Assembly (NCBI RefSeq): GCF_024521635.1
Contig: NW_026250430.1
Span: 372,001-436,000, forward strand
Source of the DNA: Tricharina praecox
Taxonomy: Eukaryota
Reading direction: 5' to 3'
Length of the DNA stretch: 64,000 nt
The position numbers were made by a program, and so were the translations under genes. Numbering within the stretch: the first letter of the stretch is position 1; every line of letters starts with the position of its first letter. Under the pieces are notes generated by a model that saw only the letters and a list, made by a program, of their open reading frames with translations, did not search any database and was not told the DNA's origin. Below are positions 52,001 through 64,000 of this stretch, one piece after another.

Positions 52001-53812
52001 TCGTGTTGGAAAGACCGTTTGGTTGGTTGGGATTTCAATATCTCCATCACTAGCTGAGCGAACAGAAACATCCCTACAAAATCAGGTCAGACAGCACTGC
52101 ACAAATTTCTTCACACATGAGCCATACCGTTTGCGCGTTGTAGGATAATCCGAGCAATGCTAGAAGGTTCGGCACCTGAAAGGCCGAACTTTTGCAGTTC
52201 AGGGATGCGTAAGTCTAGGTAGGATTTGAGAGCGTCTTCTATATCTGTAGCCTTTATCTGCTTTTTGGAAAATTTCGAAAGCGCTTTCTTGATGTCCAAC
52301 TCGTAGGTGCTCACTATCATGGCTTTGACGGGTGAAGTGCCATCCGATAGTACTCCCTGGCTAATTGTGGAATTCAACCATGTGAGGATTTTCGTCCTTT
52401 CTGGTTTCTCGCATTCGTCTAATCCGTCGATAATAATTTGTGTACTCGCCGAACTCTTAAGTCCTGTGAACAAAAGTTCTTTCAGGACAGTGCCTCCGCT
52501 CAACGTGACGTTGTAACTCTCTACCTGTTCCTCATAGATATACGGAAGAAGATCCTCGTTTTGGCGCAGCAGCTGAAGTAAGAAGGTTCGAGCCATGGAA
52601 TGAAAGGTACTCTTAGCCGGCTCGCCGTACCTGCAGAAAAAGAAGCAGACGGAGACATTTTCTTGTTTCTGTGCGTCTTCCACAATTTCCGATGCTAGGA
52701 TCGTCTTTCCTGGATGTCACGCAAACTCCGTCAACCCACCGATAGAGCACCAGGTCAAGAAGCCACATACCGGCACCGGGAATTCCATAGAGCCATATTC
52801 CTGCATCTTTTTTCAAGCTGGAGTCCTGCCACGCTTTGATGGTCGGTTCGGTGTGTATCCAGTCACAAGTTCCTGGATACTGCCGTCGCACCTCCATATA
52901 TCGGTCTTGGTCACCGTTTGTGTCTACCGGGGCGAGCCATTCGACTACTGAGATCATGCGTCGTCTTCTTTCGCTTTCGCGGTGTTCTTGGAAGCGCTCT
53001 TCCGCCTGTTGACGCGCCATCTCAGCGTTTTCGATCTCCACAAGGGACACTTGAAACTCTAGCAGGTCTCTGTGACGCTCGAGATTGGCAATAATCTTTC
53101 GGAACCTGTTGCCGAAATCTTTCCATAACGACGCGAAGAAGATCCGCCATCCTGAGGGCTATCAGTGACTGCGGGAGATGGATTTCGGGGTTCTTGCCTC
53201 GCCCTTTGAATAACTTCACCGCCTCTCGGTGGAACTCTGAAATATCTTGAAAGATTTGGCCCAGAACCTTCGTCATCGGCGCTTGATCGAGTATTCTGTG
53301 GTGTTGCGCCAAGAGGGGCATGCTTTCTCCCAGGTTCTCATAGGCATCCAGGATGATGTCAAAGACATCTGCCACATTTTCGACGGCCTTGGTTCTCGTG
53401 TTAGTCAATCAGTATCGTGGTACTGGGAGTCCGATTGGCAAACAACCAGCAAGAGAAACTTGAGCGGACCCTAATTTGCAGAAGAAAATTGGTCAGCAAT
53501 TATGTTATTATGTACATTCCATAGACGCGATGAACCCACCCATACGAAAGCCACTATATTTGATGCATTCACAAATATCTCAATCACCTTGCCATACTGC
53601 TTCATTGCCTCGAGAAAGGGCTTGAGCCGATTTAGATTCTTATTCGCTCTGGCGAGAATGTGCTTCGTTTGGATACCGGAGATTGTTTCCTCGATATCCT
53701 CGTAAGTCGTGAACCTAAATTCTCGCGCTTGATCGGCAGTGAGGTCCTTCTTCCAGTCGGCTATAGTTTGTTTGAAGATGCTCGGGAGCGGTTTCTGCCC
53801 GAGTTGCGTCAT
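49076..53812 (-). CDS. Fungal NLR-like STAND protein: helical (Goodbye-like) N-domain, NACHT NTPase, winged helix, 2x C2H2 zinc finger, ~15 ankyrin repeats; ~9 exons
   Basis: N-domain LNRLKPFLEAM..VAFVW|GPLKFLL; Walker A WLYGIPGAG|KT; Walker B IIIDGLDEC; ANG|MFLFA; AKRPL..EIQ; LVHTTAK; FLTYA..HW.DH; zinc fingers C-x4-C..H-x3-H and C-x4-C..H-x4-H; ankyrin TALQAAC..GH repeats. One intron appears to be GC-AG (~53152-53199). Confidence 0.88.
49155..50310 (-). repeat. 11 near-identical 105-bp (35-aa) ankyrin-coding repeats
   Basis: tcaggcgctcagcgatg recurs every 105 bp: 49201, 49306, 49411 ... 50146, with a variant at 50251. Confidence 0.97.
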
Positions 53813-54208
53813 GTCGGTATGTGTATGTGATAGACTCGCGCGCCGTACGATTGTCGGGGCGCGTAACTGATCCTGTTATGTAGTGCTGTTCTTCCTTTTA
53901 CGGAGCTTTAGGAGCCTCCATCCAAGTTATGGTGCGTTGTGTGGAGGTCCACCTTGCACACAGCCCCGCAAACGGAGGAGCAGGTGAATGCGGGGAAGCG
54001 GGGCTGTGCGGCCTTCGCCTGTGCTACATCACCCAGGACCACGTATCACCATGCAGTGTTCGCATGTACTGTAGAGTTGGTGACCGCGCCTCATCCAGGT
54101 CATAAAGTTGCCTCGAAGGAAATCGGAGGATCATGGAGGCAGTTAACAGTCGACCTTCACACACATCAATCGGTTGCGCCTTCTTGACATTAGAAAACAG
54201 CACTGCAG

Positions 54209-57200
54209 ATGGATTGGAGTTCGAGTCTTGAAGTACGCACACCACTGGGACACGCCCAATGCTCCCCCTCCGAGCACTTCGACGCGTTTCACCCTTCGAA
54301 AAAACAGCGGCTTAGTCCGCTGTCGGTAACCGACGACGCGGCTACTCAATTCAACCCGACATATCAAGGCCTCTGCGGTACTACAAAGCTCTCCGAAACC
54401 GCTGGGGAAAATCCGCAGTATCAACCTTGCGTGGAGCAGCAGAATGTTTGCTTTGGAATGGTGCGTGCTGCGGGGTTTCCGACGCGAGCGAGGACGGCCG
54501 TTGACTTTGGACTGCGTGTAGATCTACGGTTTCTGGGCCTCTAATTCTGACGAGGGCCAACACGTAATACCCGGCGGCCCGTCCCTTTCAACCGCAAACG
54601 CGCCTGGTCGCTTATCACTATCTCTTGGGTCGGGAGATTTGTGTTTCCTTACATCTACCTTTCGCAATGACACAAGATCTCGGATCGGGGTCCTCGATGT
54701 TCGAACTGCCCGAGGCCTCAACGCCCTCTCCACGATCGAATCGGTACGCTTCAATGTGTTCTTGCTCGCGGATGACGTACCGTCCAAGTCACCAGTCTCC
54801 AGACACGTGAAGCGAAGGCTGGCCATCAATGTGAATGGCTCGGTCGCCGCGGCAGGCGAAGTCGGATGTCGTCTCTCCAAAGCCAAACTCTACCTACAAC
54901 AACCCGATGCATTGGAAGACGGCGTGAGCTATGAGAATCCTCATTTGTTCAAATCGGAATCTCAAACAAGCACCGACATCCCAGAACCGGTCCCTGTGGC
55001 GGGTTACGAACTGGAGGACGAGATTGTTGATATTTTCGATTCATTGAGCGGTGGTCCATGCGGTACTCTGTCGGAGTGTGAAATCGACAGTAGAATCACC
55101 ACGCAACTACTAGGGTACGTGCTTCCTCCGGCAGTTTGGCTCATGGTCTTGGTTAACAGCGCTGGGTTGAAGGCATCAGAAGCGAGGGGTTGCGTTCATG
55201 ACCCATATAGAAACTCGTTTGCCCGACTTGTGGAAACAGGGCAGTTCGTCATCGTGAGTCCTATTGCCTCACCAGACCGGACGTGGCTGACAATGACTTT
55301 AGCTACCAGCATATCATTACGGGTCTGAAGACCACAACACTCCCGGATGTGACCCGTGGGGGCATATTGGCGGATGCTATGGGTCTTGGAAAATCTTTGA
55401 CGACTCTTGCCACTGTACTTGGGTCGTTGGATTGTGCAAGAGGCTCAGTCGGGCCGCAAACCAGCGCTGAAGCTGATGGGCCCGAACAACGATATCCGAC
55501 GAAATCCACATTGATAGTCGTTCCTTTATCCTGTAAGTACACAGTCGTCTATTGGCCGCCGTTGGAATTCACAGAGCTGACAGTTGATAGTACTGTCAAG
55601 TTGGATCGATGAAATTCAAAAGTATGTGTCATCTCTACCCCAATATCCAAGTAAATACGGCATCTAATAGTCAAACCTAGGCATGTCGCCGAAAACTCCA
55701 TATCGGTATACGAGTATTATGGTCCGAGCCGAATCAGAAATCCTACAAGGCTGAGAGAATTCGACATCATACTTACGAGTTATAACACGGTAGCCTATGA
55801 GCACTCGAAGGATGATAATGTACTTGGGCGCTTGAATTTCTTCAGAGTGGTACTCGACGAAGGTATGGACGCCGAAGGCTGCCGTAGTCTCCCGTGATAA
55901 CTAAAAATGATACCCAACAGCACACATCATACGAAATCAACAATCAAGACTATTTCTAGCCATAAACCAGCTATCCTCGAAGCGCCGTTGGTGTTTGACT
56001 GGCACGCCAATGCAAAACGGGTTGGGAGACCTCGAGTCGCTGTTCAAGTTCATCCGCCTGTCTCCCTTCGACCGTGGTAGAGACTTCCAGACGTTTGTCA
56101 CTGGTCCTCTAAAGAATGGAGAGTCGAGCGGTGTGAAGAATCTTAGTACTCTCCTCCGCTCTATATGCCTACGACGGAGTACGGATGTTCTTGAGACACT
56201 TCCGAGAGTCAGCGAGATGATTCGAACGCTAGAACTTTCCCCACAGGAGAGAACACAATACACTTGCATCATTCACGGATCGATAGACGAGATCGATGCC
56301 CTTACATGTGCCGGCAATTCGAGGAAGGCGTGTCAGTCCATCCTGAAAGTTATTCTGCGCCTCCGTCGGTTATGCAACCACGGCACGTCCGGAGTCTCTC
56401 CGAGGGAACCTTCATGCGAATTGGCAGCTTTGGAGTCTCAGTTCGGGCTACAACCATCAACAGTGTGTTCACAGTGCAACCATGCGATCGAGCCCTCTTC
56501 CGGGATCACTAATCAAGAGGGCTCGACGACTTGCTGTCATATATGGTGTCAAAACTGCTTCGCGCTCGAAAAAGGTCGTAATGATTTCACGGGTGGAAAG
56601 AGAAAGAAAAAGACAGTCATTTGCCCTCTCTGTGGCTGTCCGGTGACATCAGCCACATCTATTCAAGCTATAACTGCTGCTGTTGCTGGGACCAGCACGG
56701 CCATCATGGATTCGGACTACAGCTCTCAGACAGAAATGGACTTTTCTTTTGACAATGCATTCTCAACCAAGATCACAGCGGTAGTCAATGACATTGAAAG
56801 CAGCCAAGACAAGGGGTGAGTGCAGTTCATCCATCCACACACCACCGTGCGTTTGTGCAAATCTTGACCGGCCATAGCATTGTGTTTTCTCTCTGGACCA
56901 AGACGTTGGACGGCATCGAAAACGCACTTGCGTCTCGTGGAATGAGCTGCATGCGTCTGGATGGCTCACTCACAGGGGTCGCCAGAGCAGCCGTCATTCA
57001 GGCATTCCATAATGACTCTGCGGTTAAGACCTTACTAATGACTACCGGAGTGGGTGCCACTGGGTAAACCAGAGCCCTTCCAATTCATTTTCGATGATTT
57101 GGCGCTGACCAGATCCATCAAGTTTCAATCTCGCCATAGCCAGCCGGATACACATCGTCGAACCGCAGTGGAATCCAACGGTGGAATTACAAGCAATTGG

Positions 57201-57502
57201 GCGCGCCCATCGGCTCGGTCAGAAGAAATCGGTAACAGTTTTCAGATACATCATGAAAGACACCATAGAAGAGGTAAGTTCACCCTGGCATTATGCACCG
57301 ACATGACTGACGCACTTTCCACTCTAGAGTGTCAAAAAGCTTGGTTCGATGAAACTTCAACTGTCAATGCTCGCCTTGGGTGCCCATGAAGACGATACGG
57401 AGGCTCAGACGATGAATCGACTCCAGGTACTAATTGCTCCCCGGGATCTGGTTTGTAACGCATCAAGCTGACCTGTAATAGAGTCTTCGCGCTCTGTTTT
57501 AG
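54209..57502 (+). CDS. SNF2-family helicase/ATPase with inserted RING-like finger (Rad5/Rad16-like architecture); ~11 exons
   Basis: VCFGM; HQK.GV.FM; GGILADAMGLGKS (Walker A); TLIVVP; RVVLDE|AH; RWCLTGTPMQN; LRLRRLCNHG; CxxC..CCHIWCQNC..CPLC; IVFS.W; RLDGS; EPQWNP..E.QAIGRAHRLGQ. All catalytic motifs appear intact. Confidence 0.92.
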
Positions 57503-58141
57503 GACCGGTGGGCATGGTTGGAAGTGGTATAATCCGAGGTTGTGAAAGGAGGGGCCCGTTGTTCTCTGGGTGTTAGTCAACAAGAAATTTGAAGGCAGTG
57601 CTTTGGTAGTAACTGGATGGTGGATCGCTCCCAATTGAAACTGCAACGAGAATGGCCAGTGTGTCGCGCAAGTATCGGTATGTACGGCAGTCCTCCGGTG
57701 GGCCTGCACTTTCTATGATACTTGTGATGAAGAGGAAGTTGCGTATTGCGATTAAAGATATTCCGCCAGGAGTATTATCGTACTGATGTTTCGGCTCTTG
57801 TTCCTTCTTGTTTACTGTAAAGCAAGCAGGCCATAGTAACTTTCATCAGACAATTTTTCATGATCGATCATGCTACGTGACCTCCGATTTGGTTAGCAGC
57901 TTGGCCCCTCATCGGCTCTCACTTAGTCTGCACAGGATTCGCTAGTGTGTACCACAGCGGATATCACCGGCGATCTTAAACAGGTTGCGCTGAATGCAAT
58001 GACGTGCAGCTGTTAGAGCAACATAGATCTCCATCCCAACTTCCCCGCAATATTGAGAGCCGCGGCGTCTCACTCTTGTTCCTACACTCGAAATCCCAAA
58101 TATCGACATCAATTCCACTCGCGACCATCTTACTCGTAGCA

Positions 58142-59972
58142 ATGCCTTTCTTTCCCTACCTCGCCCACCAGCGAACTTGGTATGCGTCCTCACGAGCTCC
58201 CATACGACCTCTAATTATTTTAAAGCAAGGAAAAACAGGAAGCTCGAGCTGCTGTTATCGCGGATCTCCCTTCGCAGTACCACGCCCCGCTCACCCCAGC
58301 CGACGTCGAAATCCTCAATACCCCCGTCTCCCTCACCGCGTCGAATGTACGCAATCACGAAAGCAAGCCTCTCGACATCCTCCTTGCGTACGGCAAACGC
58401 GCCCTCTGGGCCCACCAGCGCACCAACTGCCTAACCGAAATCGCTATCCCTACTGCGGAAGAATGGCTCCACCACTCGCTCGCATCCTCATACTCTCCCG
58501 AGCTAGGCGGCGTCAATCTGGACGGTCCGCTTGCTGGAGTACCGGTCAGCCTCAAAGATACAGTTGGCCTCGCAGGATACGAGAGCTGCATTGGGTACTC
58601 CCGGTTCGTCGCGGACAAGATTCCTGCGGATGCGGCGATAGTTAAGCTACTCAAGGATGCTGGTGCTGTGCCTTTCGTCAAGACGAATGTTCCCATCACG
58701 TTGCTCAGCTTCGAGAGCACGAATGATGTATTCGGGCGCACGGATAACCCGCATGTTCCAGGGTTTTCTCCAGGTGGGAGCACCGGCGGCGAGGCAGCGT
58801 TGCTTGCTCTCGGTGGGAGTAGGATCGGCGTAGGGACGGACGTGGCCGGGAGCGTTCGGGTACCTGCTGCATGGAGCGGGATCTATGCACTGCGATGCTC
58901 AACAGGACGATTCCCAAAGATTGGATGTCGAACCAGCATGCCTGGGCAGGAGGGTGTACTGGCAGTGTATTCTCCCATGGCTAAGTCGATGCAGGACCTC
59001 AGTTATTTCATGAAGAGCATTGTCGAGATGAAGCCGTGGGAATATGATTACACCGTTCACCCAATCCCGTGGCGCGAGCCAGAAGAAAGAGAGAAAGTCC
59101 GTTGGGGAGTCCTGCGAGATGACGGCGTTGTCCCTCCCACTCCCGCGATCGAACGCGCTCTCAACACCACCATCGAAGCACTCCTTGAGGCAGGCGACGA
59201 GGTCTTCGAACTCGAAGATACACCCAGCTGCTACGACGCGCTCCGACTTGCCTCCCGTCTCCTCAACTCCGACGCGGGGGTAACCTACAGCAGCCACTTC
59301 ACCAGTTTCTTCGAATCCAGCGACGCCGGAGTCAGTATCCTCAACACACTCCTCTATCTCCCCCGTTTCGTCAAGATCATCTACGCGGCCTACCACCGCT
59401 ACATACGCCGCGACCCCATCACCGCTGGCCTAATCGAGGATTTTCACTCCCGCTCTGTTGCAAGCCAGTGGCAACTGGTCGCACAACGCGAAGATATGAA
59501 GTGCGCTTGGTTCGAGTACCTCAAGGAGAACCAAGTCGACTTCATCCTTACCCCCGCTAATGCGCTTCCCGCTGTCCCAGCCGGCGGAATGAAAGACACT
59601 GTCGCTAGTTGTGGGTACACATTTATCTGGAACCTGCTTGACTACACTGCTGGTGTCGTTCCCGTCGGCCGTGTCGATCCCGTGCTCGACGCAGCAAGGA
59701 AATTCAGCAAATTCTCCTATAGAGTCGGCCCGGCAGATGCCATCGTCGGCGGCGAAGAGAAGGGCGGACGGGAAGTAAATCTTTCCAACCTGGTGGCACG
59801 TAAGGCATGGGGTGTGTATGATGCGGGGAAGATGGCTGGGCTACCGACTGCTGTGCAAATTGTGGGTGGAAGGCTTGAGGAAGAGAGGGTACTCGGCGCG
59901 ATGGAACTGGTTGTGGAAGCTCTGCGGAAGAAGGGTGTGTCGTATCAGGAGATTATGGCAGATGTGGATTAG
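58142..59972 (+). CDS. Amidase-signature family enzyme (acetamidase/FAAH-like)
   Basis: GPLAGVPVSLKD, KTNVP, PGGSTGGEAALLA, GTDVAGSVRVPA (Lys-Ser-Ser triad); intron at ~58180-58225. Confidence 0.93.
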
Positions 59973-60093
59973 GGGATAGGATACCATTGTATGAGTAAAA
60001 AACACAAAAATTATGTACAAACCAACTGCACTCCTCAGTAGTATTCGCTCCGTCTAACCATCATGGAGCAAAGAGGATATCCAAAACAAAATA

Positions 60094-60182
60094 TACACCG
60101 TGCGGGAATCGAACCCACGGCCCTACCTGTAATCCTATTCGTTGAATGGGAAGGTAATATGTTACCCCTACACCAACGGTGT
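60094..60182 (-). tRNA. tRNA-Gly(CCC) with an 18-nt intron (second copy)
   Basis: Exons nearly identical to the copy at 39218 (2 differences at the anticodon stem/variable loop); the intron is related but diverged. Confidence 0.92.
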
Positions 60183-60411
60183 CATTGTTGTCCTTTAGTG
60201 TCACCACGACTTTACAGGTAAATCTGCGAGTGAGATGACGTAAGCCCATCAGGTGACGCAGAAATTGGATACGAGAGTTATATTCAGCTACCGCGGCCAG
60301 GCAAGCTCCAGCCTTCAGCTGCGACTCTGGGAAAGGCGGTGTTTATAAGTAGTTGCCGTTCCCGTCATTCGCCACCTTCCTCCCCATCTTCCTCATCATC
60401 GCGAACACACG

Positions 60412-60564
60412 ATGCATTTCAGACAGAATATCCTCACGGTTGCTCTCCTCTTCACCGCCGTTGTGGTCGTCGCCGCTGCACCGATACCAGCACCCGAGCC
60501 CAAGGACGCACTCGAACTTGGAAGTGGTATTTTCGATACAGCCGGGATGAGATGGTCGTGCTGA
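60412..60564 (+). CDS. 50-aa secreted prepropeptide (absent from the ORF track)
   Basis: MHFRQNILTVALLFTAVVVVAAAPIPAPEPKDALELGSGIFDTAGMRWSC*; TATAAG at 60344 and a pyrimidine-rich leader; resembles the ORF at 63304. Confidence 0.6.
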   Translation: MHFRQNILTVALLFTAVVVVAAAPIPAPEPKDALELGSGIFDTAGMRWSC

Positions 60565-60854
60565 GGGTGGTGGGAATTGGGCGTAGCAGAAGGAAGAGGG
60601 TGTGTTCGTGCGGGGTGGCCGATGGTGTGATAGTTATGCCTAGGTTGAGATGTTGGGTGGGAGCATGGGACGGATGCCATAGTAATTCGGGGAATGGTGT
60701 CGGTTGGATTTGAAGATGAGGTACAAGATTGAAGCGGAAACGAGAATTGGAACATGTTTGGTCGCGCTACCGGTGGTGTCGCGTCTGTTTGGAACTAGTT
60801 AGCGGATCAACGGTCAATCACGTGCTTCATCCTCAGCCCTTCAAGGAGTTTCGC

Positions 60855-61100
60855 TTCTTTCTTTGTAGTCATTGATTATATGCGACCTATAAGTGTTATG
60901 TATCTAGATGATGGTAATATGCACACCCACACACCGCTTCCACGCCACTGTCTATTACCGACTTTCATCGAGAGGCCCAAGGTGGCATTGTGGCTTCCCC
61001 TACCCTCCGCCCTGGCCTGTCCCATCGGTAGAAATGGAGCGCATCAAGGAAATAACACCAGGAAAAGACAAATTACGCTCCCTACTCCGCCTTGCATCCA
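60855..61100 (-). mobile_element. Isolated 3'-UTR fragment of the same LINE family
   Basis: Colinear similarity to 21990-22200 (gccactgtc..ccgactttcatcgag..tgtggctt.ccct..gagcgca.caagg). Confidence 0.8.
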
Positions 61101-62019
61101 AGGAGTTTTGCTTCCGCTTGGTAAATACAAATCATCCTCCGCTCATGAAACAGCACAGCAAGGAAAGCAGAAATAAATCGTTGCTATCAGCAAGTAAGTC
61201 TTGACTCTCTGGAGCGAGTCGCCTAGCCTTCATTCATTCCCGCCGCGGAGTTTCCCTAGTCACTCCCCCATGGTAACGACACATGCTGTTCACCGTCCTC
61301 AGAGACTTGAAAACCACAAAAAACCGAAGATTCTCGAAAAAACCGGCTGTGCTCGCTCGTAACCGCCACATATGGACGGTCCGAGTTCGTTGTGCTGCCT
61401 TCGAAGTTCCGAGAAGCATGTGAGCGAAACCGACACCATGGTCCTGGAACGTCTCACCGTCTGACTGTGGGTGCATAGTTTGTTTATCTGGCTTTCCTGT
61501 TGCCCCCCCCCGACGGTCTGCGGCGTATCGGTTGAGCTGTGAAATGGTATCGGAATGAACTGATATACTGATGCCGGAAGTCACGGTATGAAGTGTACTC
61601 TCCCTACCAAGTACCTGTTTGAAATCTCTAACCGTCCCTAAACTCGGCCCATTGCTGCATCTTATTCAGTTGCAAAGTTATCTCCATGCATCTCTGTGAC
61701 CTTGCTTCCTGATCCTGCTTCGAGCCGCCATCACCGCTATCGGGGTTGTGCCACACTATCACTCGGGCGCTATCGCTAGAGTATATGATCGACCGTGCGT
61801 TTGCAGCAACAACTCGAACTTCGTGTGTAGGGCAGTGGCAATTACGTGCAGAGATCCCCCACCCAGCTGCTGCTAGGTACTCCAAAATAATATCAGAGTA
61901 CTGGCCGCCGTCAGTGATGGGGTAAAAGTATCACTGACTCTTGTTTTACGGCCGGCGATCCCATGCATTGGAGGGTCTGAAACCTTCACTGGTGGTGTCA
62001 TTGGTTGCATTCCACCGGA

Positions 62020-62024
<5 letters not shown>

Positions 62025-62059
<35 letters not shown>
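62025..62059. repeat. (GA)n microsatellite
   Basis: Directly visible. Confidence 0.95.
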
Positions 62060-62062
<3 letters not shown>

Positions 62063-63303
62063 TCAGTTTATTGCCGCATACGGCCTTTCACAGACCATGG
62101 CAACCACACAGGTGACAAGTGCCCTTTCCTGCCAGCTCAGAGGGGGTGGACACTAGAGAGTGCATCCCGCCAGATATTTTGTATTTGTTCAACCATTAAT
62201 CTTGCATTCCGGCGGAGTCAGCACCTTGACTCAGCTAGCTGCGGATGAGTGATGCCTCGTGTCTCGCTACATGACGGCCGGCCGCAAATCCGTGCAACCA
62301 ACAGCATATTGTCCCTAACGTTTTGGTCGAAAAAGAAAATAACTGCATCACTATACTAGTACTATTGTTTGTTGGCTAATTCCAGGCCCACGGCTCTATG
62401 TAGAGGCAAGTCTGCGAGTGGGAGCATGTGGCTCCCGTTGCCGGTGCTCAATCCGGACGCGGACGAGGGGCTGGGTACCGCCCGCCAGTAGTGCCAGTAT
62501 CCAGCCTCAGCTAGTGGCGGCGTTCAAGCCCTCCGGCTGTCCTGTCCTGTTCGACCGGTCGTTTCCCATCTTCCCCTCCCGACTCGAATACTCTATTCTT
62601 TGCACATGCGATATCATCATGCTTACCCCGTGCTTCCGCACTGCCTCCTGGTTGCTGGTTGTGGAGCCTCTACGAAGCAGTATGATGGCTGAAGAAGCCG
62701 CTGATATACGATAGTGTAGGTTGAGGGAGGAAACTGGGAGGGGTCGGATGGAGAATATTGGCCGGCTGTAGTAGCATAGATTCGCACGCGAGTGGAGGTT
62801 TTGAAGCTCAACGTAGAACGGGATACGGAGGGGAGAGAATGGGAGCCTTGTGCCATGTTCTGTCGCGCACTCGTCTACTCTACCTATCCGCTGGGGGTCT
62901 TCTCCAACGGCTGCTGGTGCTCGGGCCCAGTGGGTGGACGGTCGTGCGTGCACCGACGTTGGCAGTGGTCCTGGTATGCATACATATCCTGCCGGTGCCT
63001 CGGCCATGCCCCAGTCGGCTGCAAGCACGAGTGAGAGGCGTCCACACGGTTGCCACCAACATAGTGGGGGATTCGGGAGCCCCTAGGATCATCTTCATGC
63101 GATGCAGGTAGTGTTACCGCTCTACCTTGCAGTTATTACCCAGTAAAGGTTTTAGTCAACGATGATCTGTATTGCGTCCAGCGGCTAGAATTGGCCGTAG
63201 GTGAGGGCGGAGCTCATCAATAAATAGTCCTTCACCCCCCCGATTGCTCCCATTTCTCTCCCCATCACCATCACCCCCACAAACTCCAACTCGAACACAC
63301 ACA

Positions 63304-63504
63304 ATGCATTTCACCAAGATCATCCTCTCGCTCACCCTCCTCTGCGCCGGCGCGGTCGCGGTCGCCATCCCGGTTGCGGCTCCGGTCGCGGAGGCCCAAG
63401 CCATTCAGCCTGGCCAACCTATCGTCCCTGGCAAGCCTGTCAAGCCTGTCAAGCCTGTCAAGTCTGCTAAAAAAATTATCCCCACCGCGGGAAAAAGCTG
63501 GTGA
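63304..63504 (+). CDS. 66-aa secreted prepropeptide with a Pro/Lys-rich cationic mature region
   Basis: MHFTKIILSLTLLCAGAVAVA-IPVAAPVAEAQA-IQPGQPIVPGKPVKPVKPVKSAKKIIPTAGKSW*; ATAAATA ~85 nt upstream, a CA-rich leader and ACAATG start context. Confidence 0.72.
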   Translation: MHFTKIILSLTLLCAGAVAVAIPVAAPVAEAQAIQPGQPIVPGKPVKPVKPVKSAKKIIPTAGKSW

Positions 63505-64000
63505 CGCCGCGGCGTCGTCGGCCCGGACGAGGACGAGGATGGTACTATCGGCGCGGCGGCTGGGAGAAGCTGGTGGCGCTGAGGAGCTACGGGGGGATTG
63601 AGAGCACGAGCCCGACGAGTGAGCGTGTGTGGAGCAGGCGCTAATGCAGAGATCATAGGTTGAGGCTGAAGCGGGAAGGGGGGTTGTGTAGGAATCTTGA
63701 CTGGCTGTCGCGGTGGTCGGTGAGGAGAGGGAGCGGGAGGTGGAGTCAGAAGTTCAGTAAGTAGGAGGATTAGACACGACATGAATAATTAGGAATTGTA
63801 GGACGCGTTTGTTGGAGGAATGGGAATTATAGGACATGTTTATTGGTGAATTCGTATATCTCCCATCCTCGGGAGGTTCAGTCTCCAAGAATAACTAGTG
63901 ATTACACCTCGCGGATTGACAGCTGTACTGGTACATTACTATTGTACACACACGAGCGCTGCCGTAAAATAATTTGTTACATTCTGCCCGTGCTACTGCC

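Noticed and set aside
39218..60182. Starship-type giant element bounded by the tRNA copies
   Set aside because: No tyrosine-recombinase (DUF3435 captain) ORF is seen at either end, both tRNAs are complete, and the interval contains ordinary-looking genes.

Overview
Eukaryotic, intron-rich fungal DNA with short GT-AG introns and CTRAC branch points, most consistent with a filamentous ascomycete (the taxon is an inference). The ordinary genes are: a partial membrane-protein gene, a MARVEL protein, an AidB-like acyl-CoA dehydrogenase, an AA9 LPMO, an EBP-family sterol isomerase, a secreted cupredoxin, a FYVE-RING (Pib1-like) ligase, a mitochondrial RNase II (Dss1/cyt-4-like), a TRP/FLC-family membrane protein and an amidase. 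Two intron-containing tRNA-Gly(CCC) genes are also present. The most notable feature is a ~8.5 kb block (49.1-57.5 kb). In it, an NLR-type gene (N-terminal helical domain, NACHT, 2x C2H2 zinc finger, then an ankyrin array with 11 near-identical 105-bp units and hypervariable loops) sits head-to-head, 396 bp apart, with a SNF2/RING helicase gene. Other points of interest: a pair of related 6-Cys secreted-protein genes sharing an intron position, two tiny secreted peptides with X-Pro/X-Ala propeptides, a ~0.85-1 kb diverged inverted repeat around the MARVEL gene, a TA-flanked MITE, three fragments of one LINE family, and two candidate structured non-coding RNAs. Exon boundaries were read by eye and no database searches were run.
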